A DNA stretch of 64,000 bases, taken from NCBI GenBank assembly GCA_951406725.2, contig OX597819.1, forward strand, positions 99,758,001 through 99,822,000, read 5' to 3'. The notes under the pieces are model-generated. The model was not told the origin of the DNA, made no database searches, and saw nothing but the letters and a program-made list of their open reading frames with translations. Position numbers and translations under genes: made by a program. Shown here in pieces: positions 1-11,164 of this stretch (its first letter is position 1; each line of letters opens with the position of its first letter). Source of the DNA: Octopus vulgaris (taxonomy: Eukaryota).

Positions 1-1319
1 GTCCTAGATATATAGTGACCGAAAAGAAGTAGTCGTTACTCGATTGCTTTGTTTCAAAGTTCTTATTTATCTACGTAAACCTGGAGCTGAATAATATTTA
101 AAGCCAGCTTTCACCGGATAAGTCTGGCTTGGAAACGTGTACTATACTTTTAGTATTTGTTTCAGACGCCTTTGTAGTTGCAAGCAGACCTAGACACTCA
201 CTCAATTGTCCCACACTTGAGCTAACAGTACATTCAGGATGCAAAATTTAAAAGGCAGGCTGCATCATTATTTCACTGATGCCCGTTTATAGGTGAGTAA
301 AGTAAAACTGTGTGAAATGAAATACCATCTTAAGAGTATATAGCAGTCCCTGGTACACGAACTGATCACCCGACATGATTTTCAACCTAAGTAGCAACAA
401 CATCGATATCAACAAGTGTATGTATACTTGAGATAGGGCGAAGATGGCAAAAAGGGAAAGAGGTGGGGGAAGAAATTGTACTATGTGTGTAAGTATGAAT
501 AATATATCAGCTCGTCAGTTCGTTCTCAGAGATAAGCTTAAATTTAGATTATTTAATCGATTTCCTACATTGGATAAATCACAGATTTATAGAGAAAGGT
601 CGAGAAATATTTGCGTGATCACACCATTTAGCATTTTGTTAAACCATCTGCACACTTCGTTGTTGATGTTGTTAAACTCTATGGCAGCCCTGTTCCAATA
701 CGGACGTTCTGTCCAAGATGAACTCATTTTCTTTTTGGTGGGGAGTAGTTCTAATTCAGAATCGTGTGCTACTTCTTGCTGATCAAGCGACTACGTAGCA
801 GATCCTTTGTTTAACTTACGAGAAGAAAGGTACAGTTGACAATGTACAAATTTCAATTGCTACTTTAATTACAGTGAAATGTTTTAGCGGATCTCTAAAA
901 TATCGCCGATGAGAAATCTTCTACGTAGTTGTGCAGCCTGCTTGTCAGGGCAGGTAAATCTCTGAAATCAAACTCTACAGTTGTTTTAGACGGAATGTCA
1001 TAATTGATAACGAAATACAAGTTTAATTATCTGAAAAGGCATAATGTCTTTCCTTTTAGATTTGTTCTATCAGAACCAACCTAGCATTAACGAACCTTGT
1101 CTTTCTATGAACATCACGATTACCATTAAAATAACATGCTCCTAAAATTCATGGAAAGCTCACTATAAAATCTAGAAACGCTTTCAGTTACTCGTGAGAA
1201 TGTTTCTCTTTTTAATATAGTTAAATAACCTAGACGCTAAAAGCATAAACATTGCACAAACTTACATTTCTGCTTTTGACAGAATCCAAAACTTTGTACA
1301 AAGACAATATCATGCTTAC

Positions 1320-1552
1320 CATTATCAGTGGCACCAATATTCAGTAGATGGACATAATTGGTTAACAAGTCTCGAGTAGAAGGTCCAATTACATCTCTCC
1401 AACCTTTCCAGGCCCATAACAATTGTCTGGGATCTCGACTAACTGACATCATATTTATAAGATCTGGTTCCAAAGACAAGCATTTGCGGGCAGCACAAAG
1501 TTTCGATTTCGAATAGGTTCTCGACATTTGCTGTTGAAACACTTTTTGTTTT
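1320..1552 (-). CDS. ACE-like (peptidase M2) gene, coding exon; gene continues past the left edge of the window
   Basis: Encodes KQKVFQQQMSRTYSKSKLCAARKCLSLEPDLINMMSVSRDPRQLLWAWKGWRDVIGPSTRDLLTNYVHLLNIGATDNG, which matches the ACE segment M..IYS...C..LEPDL...M..SRD..LLWAW.GWR..G. Acceptor tttattag|A is phase 2 and fits the upstream exon. Donor is G|gtaagc (phase 1). Confidence 0.9.
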
Positions 1553-2500
1553 CTAATAAATATACAGTGGGTTTCTGATAAAATATACAGCAGCAACAAC
1601 AATTATAAGTAATAATAGTACCCAAGGAAATTTCACGGTTCAATTTAGTGGTACTGTATCAGCCATAAAACTCTTCCCTTGTCGGTCGGAATATCTTGTT
1701 ATTTCGTTCATAATGCTTAAATGAACACTCTGCTGCTTACTTGAATGAATTGTATTGATTCAGTGAATAATTATACTATAGTTTGATAATAATTGAAAAT
1801 AGATTTGAGCGGTAATATTTCTGATACGTTTCATTACTAGAGGGAAGTTTTCTGTCTGACACTGTACTTATTTTTATTCCTTATGCATGAAAATATATGA
1901 GATAAAATGCTGCAATTTTGATTACACAATCATTTATATGCATGAACAATATACATAATACATCAATAATGTAAAACAAGGTAAGTAGAACTAATTATGC
2001 ATGCATATCAAAATTGCAAAATATCCATGTCTATATATGACTCAGCGTTACCAAACGGTTAATGTGCGCACGTGTAGTTGTGTTTTTAACTATGTTAAGC
2101 ATTTACATATATATGTGAGTATGTTAATGTGTGTGTGCCTCTGTGGCAGTGTTTCTATATTTTTCTAAGATACTTGAATTTCACTTGTTGTCCTATGGTA
2201 TGTAAACATACTATACATGTTATATATATTTACAATATTTCCTAGTTTCAGCATACTTGGATTCCTCACACTTTATTGCAATCTTAGTGTAATTATGGCC
2301 CATATAGCTTCAAGATGGGAGTTGTGAGATATATTTCTGGACTCAGGGTCTCCATATCTGTAAAAGATATGTTTTATATACAAGTACTCAGTGGTGAGAA
2401 GAAAGAGATAAGTTATCGCTCAGCAGGATGCCTATGTATGTACGCATACATTTATATTCGTGTGTTTATATGTATGCATACGATTGCATATATACATACT

Positions 2501-2567
<67 letters not shown>

Positions 2568-2739
2568 GTATATATATGTACATATGCCTCTCCGTTTCGT
2601 ATTTCTTATTTCTTTTTGCTCTTCCTCTGCTTCTCGACTCTCCTTCCCTAAGCCGCCAGCATCCTCCTCTCTTCCCCTTCTCCCATTCAACCTTTAAATC
2701 TCCTGCATCACGATATCAACTGCTATTTGCCAATTTTCA

Positions 2740-2891
2740 CTCCTGACGAAGGAGGTCAGTATTTCGGTAATATCTTTCTATGTACATGCATCTACTGGTT
2801 TCCATATTTATGACTCTTTGCACATTCCATCTGCTGGTTATAAATAGCAGAACTCTTAGGTAATTTCGAACTCCCAGAAACAGCTGTTGAG
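2740..2891 (+). ncRNA. type I hammerhead ribozyme motif with long stem II insert
   Basis: ctc-CTGACGA-aggag...(~110 nt)...ctcc-ca-GAAA-cagctg-t-t-gag. Stem I is ctc/gag, the stem II base is ggag/ctcc, and stem III is the palindrome ACAGCTGT. Confidence 0.6.
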
Positions 2892-3568
2892 CTACGCAAT
2901 CCTGTGTTAGCTTTCTATATTCTTGTATACTATATAAAAGTAGATTTACTCGTCAGCGTATATAAATAGCTATATGGCTTGTACATATGTGCTTACCTTC
3001 TGAATATATTTAAATTTTGTATCTACATATATCACTGTATATGTCTATATATGTATATCTATGTATGTATGTTTATATATATACATATATATATATGTGT
3101 GTGTGTGCGTATGTGTGTGTATGTGTGTATGTATGTATATATTTATATATGAAGCCTAAACGTGTTCACTATCTCCATATCAGCTCACCTGGACTTCTCT
3201 TATAGCCACACTTTACCCAATGGGCCTAGTCCTCGATAAAGTTATCAAACTATCAGTTCATTCCCTTTGATCACTACTGCGTGTTCCCTATATTGCACTT
3301 CTATAGAGTTCAACTATTGAGATTTATATATTAAAAAAAAAACGGTAGTCAGCATTTGGATAAATATCTATTTGTTTAGCGTTTTCATCCCTTTGAAGGA
3401 TTAACTTATCATGAATAATTCATGAAGAATTAATTCCTCAAAGAGATGAAAGTACTAAATGAACAGTTTTTATCCTAATTCTGACTACCCACTTTTCCGT
3501 AATATATAAAATATGTACTAAAATTCAAACGATCTGTACATACATAAATATATACATACATAAATACA

Positions 3569-3605
<37 letters not shown>

Positions 3606-3617
3606 GTATATACATAC

Positions 3618-3929
3618 ACACAAATATGAGAGAGAATCCACTATGTGGACGCTCTTACGCTAAAAATAGATCCGCAATGGTCTCAACCACTAATAATTGT
3701 TCTCGAGAAAAATTTAGCACAGCTATGAACAATTCTGGAGAACAATTCTTAGTGGTTGAGACCATTGCGGATCTATTTTTAGCGTAAGAGCGTCCACATA
3801 GTGGATTCTCTCTCATATTTGTGTATTAATATTTACTGAATCTCAGTTTTTTATGCGCTAAACCACTGGTGTTAAATTGATGTTATTAAATTAATATCCA
3901 ATTTTTCACCCTTATTTTGATTATTTATT

Positions 3930-3930
<1 letters not shown>
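3618..3930. mobile_element. short fold-back insertion between microsatellites
   Basis: 3618-3704 is a near-perfect reverse complement of 3738-3824 (~87 bp). The right arm runs ~100 bp further and ends in (TA)n. Confidence 0.8.
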
Positions 3931-3961
<31 letters not shown>

Positions 3962-3986
3962 CGTGTATGTGTGTGTGTGTGTGTGT

Positions 3987-4200
3987 ATACTTGTACTTGC
4001 TCCAGTCATTTCACTACAGCAATGGTGGAGCGTCGATTTTTAGTCGAACAAATCGACCCCAGGACTTATTCTTTGTAAGCCTAGTACTTATACAATCGGT
4101 CACTTTTGCCGAACCACTAGGTTACGGAGACGTAAATACATCAACATTGGTTGTCAAGCGATGGTGGGAGGTCAAACAAAGATATGCAAACACACACACA
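3987..4200 (-). mobile_element. SINE family A fragment (3' part)
   Basis: Shares the ttagtcga.caaatcgaccccaggacttattctttgtaagcc motif with 13859-14238 and 57450-57863. Confidence 0.75.
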
Positions 4201-4206
4201 CACACA

Positions 4207-4247
<41 letters not shown>

Positions 4248-4323
4248 GTATATATGCGTGTGTGGTTGTATATGTGCATGTATGTATATGTAAATATCAT
4301 ATGAATGAATGTAAGAATATATG

Positions 4324-4381
<58 letters not shown>

Positions 4382-4404
4382 ATGTTACATTACTCGGTAG
4401 TCAA

Positions 4405-4465
4405 GATAAAACTCTGAGTTTCAGATGCCGAAGTGGAAATCCACAACACCATCTCTTCGGTTATC
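4405..4465 (-). ncRNA. hammerhead ribozyme in PLE 3' region (left arm copy)
   Basis: Reverse complement of 7003-7063. Confidence 0.7.
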
Positions 4466-4660
4466 TGGCTATTTGAAAACGTTATGAAAAAATACCGTTA
4501 AAAATGAAGGGAAATTACTCTGTTATAACTCTGCTTTGCCTGCGTACTTATACATCGCTCGCATTTTTCGTCATAAAAATTATATAAAAATACATAAAAA
4601 TATATAAAAATATATAAAAATATATAAAATCTTCTTGGGACATAACACAGAAAGCATGTT

Positions 4661-5643
4661 CTATCCGTTTTCTTTAGGGGACCAAAAACGTAACAGAAAT
4701 TTAGTCACATGTGGGCATGATCCGAAAAGCTCTGTCCTTGTATTTAGACATGTGGTAGGGTCTAAGCTGCTTTTCCAGATAAGCCATCTCTCCATGTCGC
4801 ATAAACCGCACCTTCCGCTGCCGTTAGTATAGGGCTTACATCTGGCCAAAATCTTCCATTGTATGTTATAATCGACACCTTTATCTCTTAAAGACCAAAT
4901 ATGATTGGATAATTGTGTCGCTTTTCTTTTGTTCCAGTGCCTAAAGCTCAAAGTGTGGTTATTGAACCTGGCCTTGAAATTACCCTCTGTCAGGCCCACG
5001 TATTTCTTCGTCGAAACGGTGTCTTTAGTGGTTATAGATTTTACGGTAGCTTCATATATGATGGTCTTGGACATGCAAGCTCCATTTAGCGGGCACAATT
5101 CTTTATTCCTGCATGAACAGCTGTTTTCTTCTTGTGTTTTTTGTATGTTATGATTGATTATGTTTTTAAAATTGGTAGTTGAACTAAAACTAATTTTTAA
5201 ATTGTGTCTATTGAAGAGTTTCCTATAAGCATGGTTAACTGGAAAATGTCTATCTATCAGTGCTAGGAAATATTTACCTATATTGAAGGCCACCTCGGGT
5301 GAGTAAGGGGGCGTAAACCAGATGACCTTCCTATTTCTATTATTCCTTTTCCTTATTGTTGGGCTGGTGATAGGTGTATATTTTATTTTTTCGCTAAAAC
5401 CACTATCTTTTAAAGCTTTATTATAAACTGGGGCAACGCTATTGAAGATGTCCTCATTAGATGAAAGGCTAGAAATCCTCTTACTAATATTTTTAACTAA
5501 ATTTTTGAATACTATATGGGGATGGCATGAACCTACATTAATATAACTTAGTCTATCATTGGGCTTCCTATAAGGCTTATAAATATTATTATTAAGATCT
5601 AAGGAAACGTCTAAGAAATTGACAACCGTCAGGTTAGTGTCTA
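4661..5643 (-). pseudogene. PLE RT-thumb/GIY-YIG fragment, inverted copy
   Basis: ORF 4661-5293 is nearly identical to the C-terminus of the 5797-6807 protein. Confidence 0.85.
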
Positions 5644-5700
5644 GATACTAGACACTAACCTAGATATCTCCTAGATACCTTCGGTAATACATTCCCTAAC

Positions 5701-6807
5701 GTACATTTCGCCATCTACAAAGGTGATGCCCTCGCCTTAACAGCTAATACAAATGGACCAGCACAAGATCGTTTTAGGAAGGATATTATCCAGTTAATGA
5801 AACACTTCGGACTTAGTATAACTATAGACACTAACCTGACGGTTGTCAATTTCTTAGACGTTTCCTTAGATCTTAATAATAATATTTATAAGCCTTATAG
5901 GAAGCCCAATGATAGACTAAGTTATATTAATGTAGGTTCATGCCATCCCCCTATAGTATTCAAAAATTTAGTTAAAAATATTAGTAAGAGGATTTCTAGC
6001 CTTTCATCTAATGAGGACATCTTCAATAGCGTTGCCCCAGTTTATAATAAAGCTTTAAAAGATAGTGGTTTTAGCGAAAAAATAAAATATACACCTATCA
6101 CCAGCCCAACAATAAGGAAAAGGAATAATAGAAATAGGAAGGTCATCTGGTTTACGCCCCCTTACTCACCCGAGGTGGCCTTCAATATAGGTAAATATTT
6201 CCTAGCACTGATAGATAGACATTTTCCAGTTAACCATGCTTATAGGAAACTCTTCAATAGACACAATTTAAAAATTAGTTTTAGTTCAACTACCAATTTT
6301 AAAAACATAATCAATCATAACATACAAAAAACACAAGAAGAAAACAGCTGTTCATGCAGGAATAAAGAATTGTGCCCGCTAAATGGAGCTTGCATGTCCA
6401 AGACCATCATATATGAAGCTACCGTAAACTCTATAACCACTAAAGACACCGTTTCGACGAAGAAATACGTGGGCCTGACAGAGGGTAATTTCAAGGCCAG
6501 GTTCAATAACCACACTTTGAGCTTTAGGCACTGGAACAAAAGAAAAGCGACACAATTATCCAATCATATTTGGTCTTTAAGAGATAAAGGTGTCGATTAT
6601 AACATACAATGGAAGATTTTGGCCAGATGTAAGCCCTATACTAACGGCAGCGGAAGGTGCGGTTTATGCGACATGGAGAGATGGCTTATCTGGAAAAGCA
6701 GCTTAGACCCTACCACATGTCTAAATACAAGGACAGAGCTTTTCGGATCATGCCCACATGTGACTAAATTTCTGTTACGTTTTTGGTCCCCTAAAGAAAA
6801 CGGATAG
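5701..6807 (+). pseudogene. PLE reverse transcriptase C-terminus plus GIY-YIG endonuclease (5'-truncated)
   Basis: The frame is open from at least 5701 and reads IYKGDAL (degenerate YxDD), NFLDVSL, YRKP, S.HPP, W.TPPYS, a CxCx5Cx5C linker, IIY...KYVGLTE..FKARF..H (GIY-YIG), and C-terminal CGLC...LN.R.E...CPH. Confidence 0.9.
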
Positions 6808-7002
6808 AACATGCTTTCTGTGTTATGTCCCAAGAAGATTTTATATATTTTTATATATTTTTATATATCTTTATGTATTTTTATATAATTTTTATGACGA
6901 AAAATGCGAGCGATGTATAAGTACGCAGGCAAAGCAGAGTTATAACAGAGTAATTTCCCTTCATTTTTAACGGTATTTTTTCATAACGTTTTCAAATAGC
7001 CA

Positions 7003-7063
7003 GATAACCGAAGAGATGGTGTTGTGGATTTCCACTTCGGCATCTGAAACTCAGAGTTTTATC
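7003..7063 (+). ncRNA. hammerhead ribozyme in PLE 3' region
   Basis: gataa-CCGAAGA-gatg..gtgga-tt-tccac..catc-t-GAAA-ctc-a-gag-t-t-ttatc. Stem I is gataa/ttatc, stem II is gatg/catc, stem III is near-palindromic. The core has a U4C variant. Confidence 0.7.
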
Positions 7064-7160
7064 TTGACTACCGAGTAATGTAACATATTGTATAGATAAA
7101 TTTCCTCTATTTACATAATATTGAAGTCTCTTTCTTTCTTTTGTTATCTTACCGTTTTAT

Positions 7161-7210
<50 letters not shown>

Positions 7211-7585
7211 GTTCGAATGTGTGCGTGCACGAGTGTTTGTAACTTCGTGAACTGTAATAGGCGATAAATGAGGATTCCACAAAATGCCGAACAAGTTGCA
7301 CTGATGATTTGTTTATAATAATCAAATATTCATGCTGTACGCTAGGTCACTCTCTCCTTCGAACTGACTTTGCCAGTACATGTGCATAGTGTGCGATGAA
7401 TCAGATGCTAAAGGAACCACAGAGTCTCATGAAGTTAAAGTTTCATTCAAGTAAGCAATGCATCGCCGCCAGTCCAGGAATCGAAATATCGATCTCGCAG
7501 TCGTGAATGTAATATTATATCCTGTAGGACTCGCTCCCTCATACATACATACATACATACATACATACATACATACATACATACA

Positions 7586-7618
<33 letters not shown>

Positions 7619-8076
7619 GCATGTACCTACAAATAAATGTATCTATGTTTGTATGTATGTACCCATGTATTATACTTATGTATACACCAGTGTATGTCTG
7701 TGTGGGGGTGCAGATAAAGGCATGACCAAGTGGTTACAATTTTCGTTTCGCATTAATGAGAACCTAGAGTCGATCCTGCTACCTAACATTATTGTCGAGT
7801 ACATTTTACCATGGCTTCAAGACAATATAAACGTCTGAGGGAGAGTGAATATGCAGAAACTGTGGTAACCCATCACGTAGAGTGCCTTGCAATTCAAAAG
7901 AAGAAAATTGTTACCTCCTATGCAATTCTTTCTGCATTTTTTAAAGATACAGTATAAGGAAGGTCCTAACGGAATAAAACCGACATTGTTGGTGATGGAA
8001 TTCAACGGTGAATTGTTTTGGAGCTATCAGTACCTTTTATTAAAAATCATATTAAGTGTTGCTATTCACCACTTAC

Positions 8077-8234
8077 CGGATGATGGCATCACTCTCAGGT
8101 ACTGCTGTTACAGATTTCAATCTAAGCTGTCTCTTCATATCCAAATCATCGAAGGTAAAATGGTCGAGTAGCAGTCTGGAAAATTTTGCTTGTTTTCTGA
8201 ACCATGCGTCGCTTTGTATAGAGACAGAAATTAA
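8077..8234 (-). CDS. ACE-like gene, coding exon
   Basis: Acceptor cttttctactgttacag| (phase 0), donor CG|gtaagt (phase 2), 158 bp. Encodes LISVSIQSDAWFRKQAKFSRLLLDHFTFDDLDMKRQLRLKSVTAVPESDAIIR, similar to the ACE lid helices (D..LKRQL). Phases match both neighbours. Confidence 0.8.
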
Positions 8235-8884
8235 CTGTAACAGTAGAAAAGTAGGAACATAGTGATCGTCTTGAGAAATGCATGAAGAGTCATTCACAAA
8301 GGAGCAAGTAACCTGAATAATTTCATAAAATCAGAAATTCTTATATCACACCTCTGAGAATAATAAAATACCAGTTAATGTAGAAGATTCTCCACGGTCA
8401 TTCCATATTCAAGAAATAGCAGTTAAATCTTTCTCATATTACATTCTATCGTCTTAGAAAACTGGAAGGACTCATTCGATAACGTAGCCTTATATGCATT
8501 TTGCATGTTACATTAAGGCTGATCTAGGGTTAAACAATAACCATTGAATATCTCACTAAACGTTTCAGGATTCTAAATTCAGTACCATTTGTAGCTCTAT
8601 GAATATTCTTACCATTATATTTATGAGGAAGAAAAAAATTAAAAAGATGAGCGACCACCTCTATCGGGAGAGTTAATTCACCCAATCATGGCGTAAACGA
8701 TCATTTATAGATAAGGAAATATAGTAATGTTACATCTGTAGAACCAAATGTTATATTGACATATGTCGTTTCAAATAAGAACTGATGCTGGTTCGGAGTT
8801 AACGTGAAAGAGAATTTACTGTTACATTAAGTCCCGTAACTGGAGAATATGATTATATTTGTAGTTAAATGTTTGACGCCTAGG

Positions 8885-8990
8885 TATTCACTACTTACCG
8901 GATGATAGCATCACACTCATGAACCGCTGTTAGAGATCTCAAACTAAGCTGTCTCTTCATATCCAAATCATCGAAGGGAAAATGGCTAGG
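8885..8990 (-). pseudogene. degenerate partial duplicate of the 8077-8234 ACE exon
   Basis: Reads HFPFDDLDMKRQLSLRSLTAVHECDAIIR|gtaagt, with the same donor context. In-frame TGA (9009-9011) and TAA lie upstream. Confidence 0.8.
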
Positions 8991-9528
8991 CATTCTTCTT
9001 TGTTCTCTTCAGACGGTTTCCAGCTTTTAAGTTATGTCTTTCTTCGTATTGAAAGAAAGGCGATTACACGTTGGGATTTTTATTAAACATTTAGTCTCTT
9101 TTTGTCTCTGTTATGATATATCGTTAACTAAAAATATTAAACGATCTTCTACATTGTCTCGTGTAAATAACTCAGTTGGTTTGCTCTAAGTTATAGTTCG
9201 TAGCTCAATCCTTACTGCAAAGTTTAACTTTTATGGGAATGGACTTCTATAAATAGTTTCCTATAAACTGTAGAACATTTTTATTTTTATTTTTTATCCT
9301 TCTGGTTTAAGTCGTTTCCTTGTTATTCCATGAAGTGAAAGGAAAGGGAAAATAAATCTAAAGTTACACCCTGCAAAAAGAAATTATTCCTGATTATAAA
9401 GATCATTATAAGTCATTTGTGTTAAACACTACTTTATTTTAGTATACATGGGGCAAACTTCAGCTTGCTAATCTCCCTGTCTCTCTAGCTTACTAGCTCA
9501 ATTGATCTTATATTTATAGTCTATATAC

Positions 9529-9747
9529 CAGTGCTTTTCAAACTTTTTGCTAGAGCTGAACCCCAAGGAAACATTCCACTGGCTCGAGGAACCCCTGTGC
9601 AATAGTTTAATAGTCTTATGCACACATATCTGCACAGGAGAATTAAAAATTACTGCCGATTTTAGCAGTTTTGTAACTTTTTGCGGAACCCCTGTACTGT
9701 ACTGGTGGAACCCTAAGGTTCCGTGGAACCCTGGTTGAAAACCACTG
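9529..9747. mobile_element. hAT-superfamily MITE
   Basis: TIRs CAGTGCTTTTCAA / TTGAAAACCACTG, a perfect 8-bp TSD CTATATAC (9521-9528 and 9748-9755), and internal GGAACCC subterminal repeats. Confidence 0.9.
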
Positions 9748-10152
9748 CTATATACGTTTAATGTCAGGGTTCAAAACATTTATTACAATTTGATATATAT
9801 AATAAACAATGAAATCATTGTACGATGCATGCTAACCAATGTCAACAAGCACTACAGATCATACTAGAAATTATTTTCTGCGATTTATTAATCCTATGTA
9901 CGCTAGTATGCTCTACTACATGATATTTAGTATTTATATTCTGAGTTAACGTTCTAATCTCAAGTAAAAATCTTTTGAAATCGGGATTTCTATTTTGAAA
10001 AGATAACAAAAATGAAAATAAAAAGGGCCGAAATTGATTGTATATTTGATAAGAAAATTCAAAAGAGAATAATTTGTCAACACATTTTGAAAATGTTTTA
10101 CCGATTGAGTAAGCGTTTCTAAATATTCAATGTAAGTTAAATTGATTCTTAC

Positions 10153-10301
10153 TTGATTACTGTTTTCTTGAGAAATATTCGTCTCATAACGCCATTGAGC
10201 ACTGTTCAGCCTCTCGTTCCAAACTCTGCTAACCTCATTGCTGTGTTCTAACCATCTTTGCACAGTCTCCTTTGTTACTGAGTCCTTTAATAATTGAGGG
10301 C
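10153..10301 (-). CDS. ACE-like gene, coding exon
   Basis: Acceptor ttttgaacgcag|GC (phase 1), donor CAA|gtaaga (phase 0). Encodes PQLLKDSVTKETVQRWLEHSNEVSRVWNERLNSAQWRYETNISQENSNQ, containing the ACE N-terminal A.W.Y.TNI...N motif. Confidence 0.88.
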
Positions 10302-10408
10302 CTGCGTTCAAAATTAATGAAAAAGAAAAAAGAAATACAAAGAAAAAATAGCTCTTTGTAAATTTGTGATCTGCGACTAAATTGCAACTACTTTTAAGAA
10401 AAATACAC

Positions 10409-10496
<88 letters not shown>

Positions 10497-10605
10497 GTCT
10501 ATCTGTCTATCTGTCTATCTGTCTGTCTGTCTGTCTATCTGTCTGTCTGCTTGGCTGTCTGTCTGTCCGTCTGTCTGTCTACCTGCCTGTCTATCTCTCT
10601 ATCTC

Positions 10606-10671
<66 letters not shown>

Positions 10672-10730
10672 CGTGTGTCGGTGCGTGTAATATGTGTTTA
10701 TGTGTGTGTGTATGTATGTGTGTATACATA
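10409..10730. repeat. compound microsatellite (ATCT)n/(GTCT)n/(TA)n/(TG)n
   Basis: Directly visible in the sequence. Confidence 0.95.
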
Positions 10731-11037
10731 GAAACTATTCCCTTACGGTTTGCATCATCCAAATTCCACTCAAATGATCATCGCTATGTTATATAAGAAG
10801 GAAGGACACCATCCTATCATTCAGTGCAATTCAACCTACACATCACGATTTGCAAAGTGAACCACTTTATCACACATGTTCGCGCCTATGTATGAAATGT
10901 GAAGATGGTTGCAGCACGATCCTATTTTTTCATAAATCCCATTGTTCAAGGACGACATCGGGTTTAAACAACAAAAAAGGCTAACTAACAATAAGCAACA
11001 TTCAGTCATAGAATATTGGTATGCGTAAAGTTATTAC

Positions 11038-11164
11038 CTGCTGCAAAATCCTCAAAGCTTTCCAAAAGTTCTTTCTGATTTGTTTCTACGGTGGAAGAAT
11101 GTGTTAGACTTGAGAAAAGGACGGTACACATCAACAGAACCATCACAGTATACAACTGTATATT
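11038..11164 (-). CDS. ACE-like gene, signal-peptide exon (ATG at 11143, or the frame enters from an upstream exon)
   Basis: Acceptor tttttatattttcag|, donor G|gtaata (phase 1, matching the next exon). Encodes NIQLYTV-MVLLMCTVLFSSLTHSSTVETNQKELLESFEDFAA, a hydrophobic signal-peptide-like start. Too short to appear in the ORF track. Confidence 0.75.

Larger units (their letters stand above)
4374..7163. mobile_element. Penelope-like retroelement, 5'-truncated, as a head-to-head inverted duplication inserted in (TA)n
   Basis: The left arm 4374-5643 (-) is a near-identical reverse complement of 5825-7094 (+). The right arm spans ~5696-7163, with ~50 bp of filler at the junction. Both outer ends abut (TA)n. 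Confidence 0.92.

Noticed and set aside
444-782. 112-aa plus-strand ORF
   Set aside because: No domain similarity, and it lies antisense within an ACE intron. I found no ACE exon in 1-1319.
4905-6563. 82-aa and 65-aa ORFs overlapping the PLE
   Set aside because: Antisense shadows of the PLE ORF.
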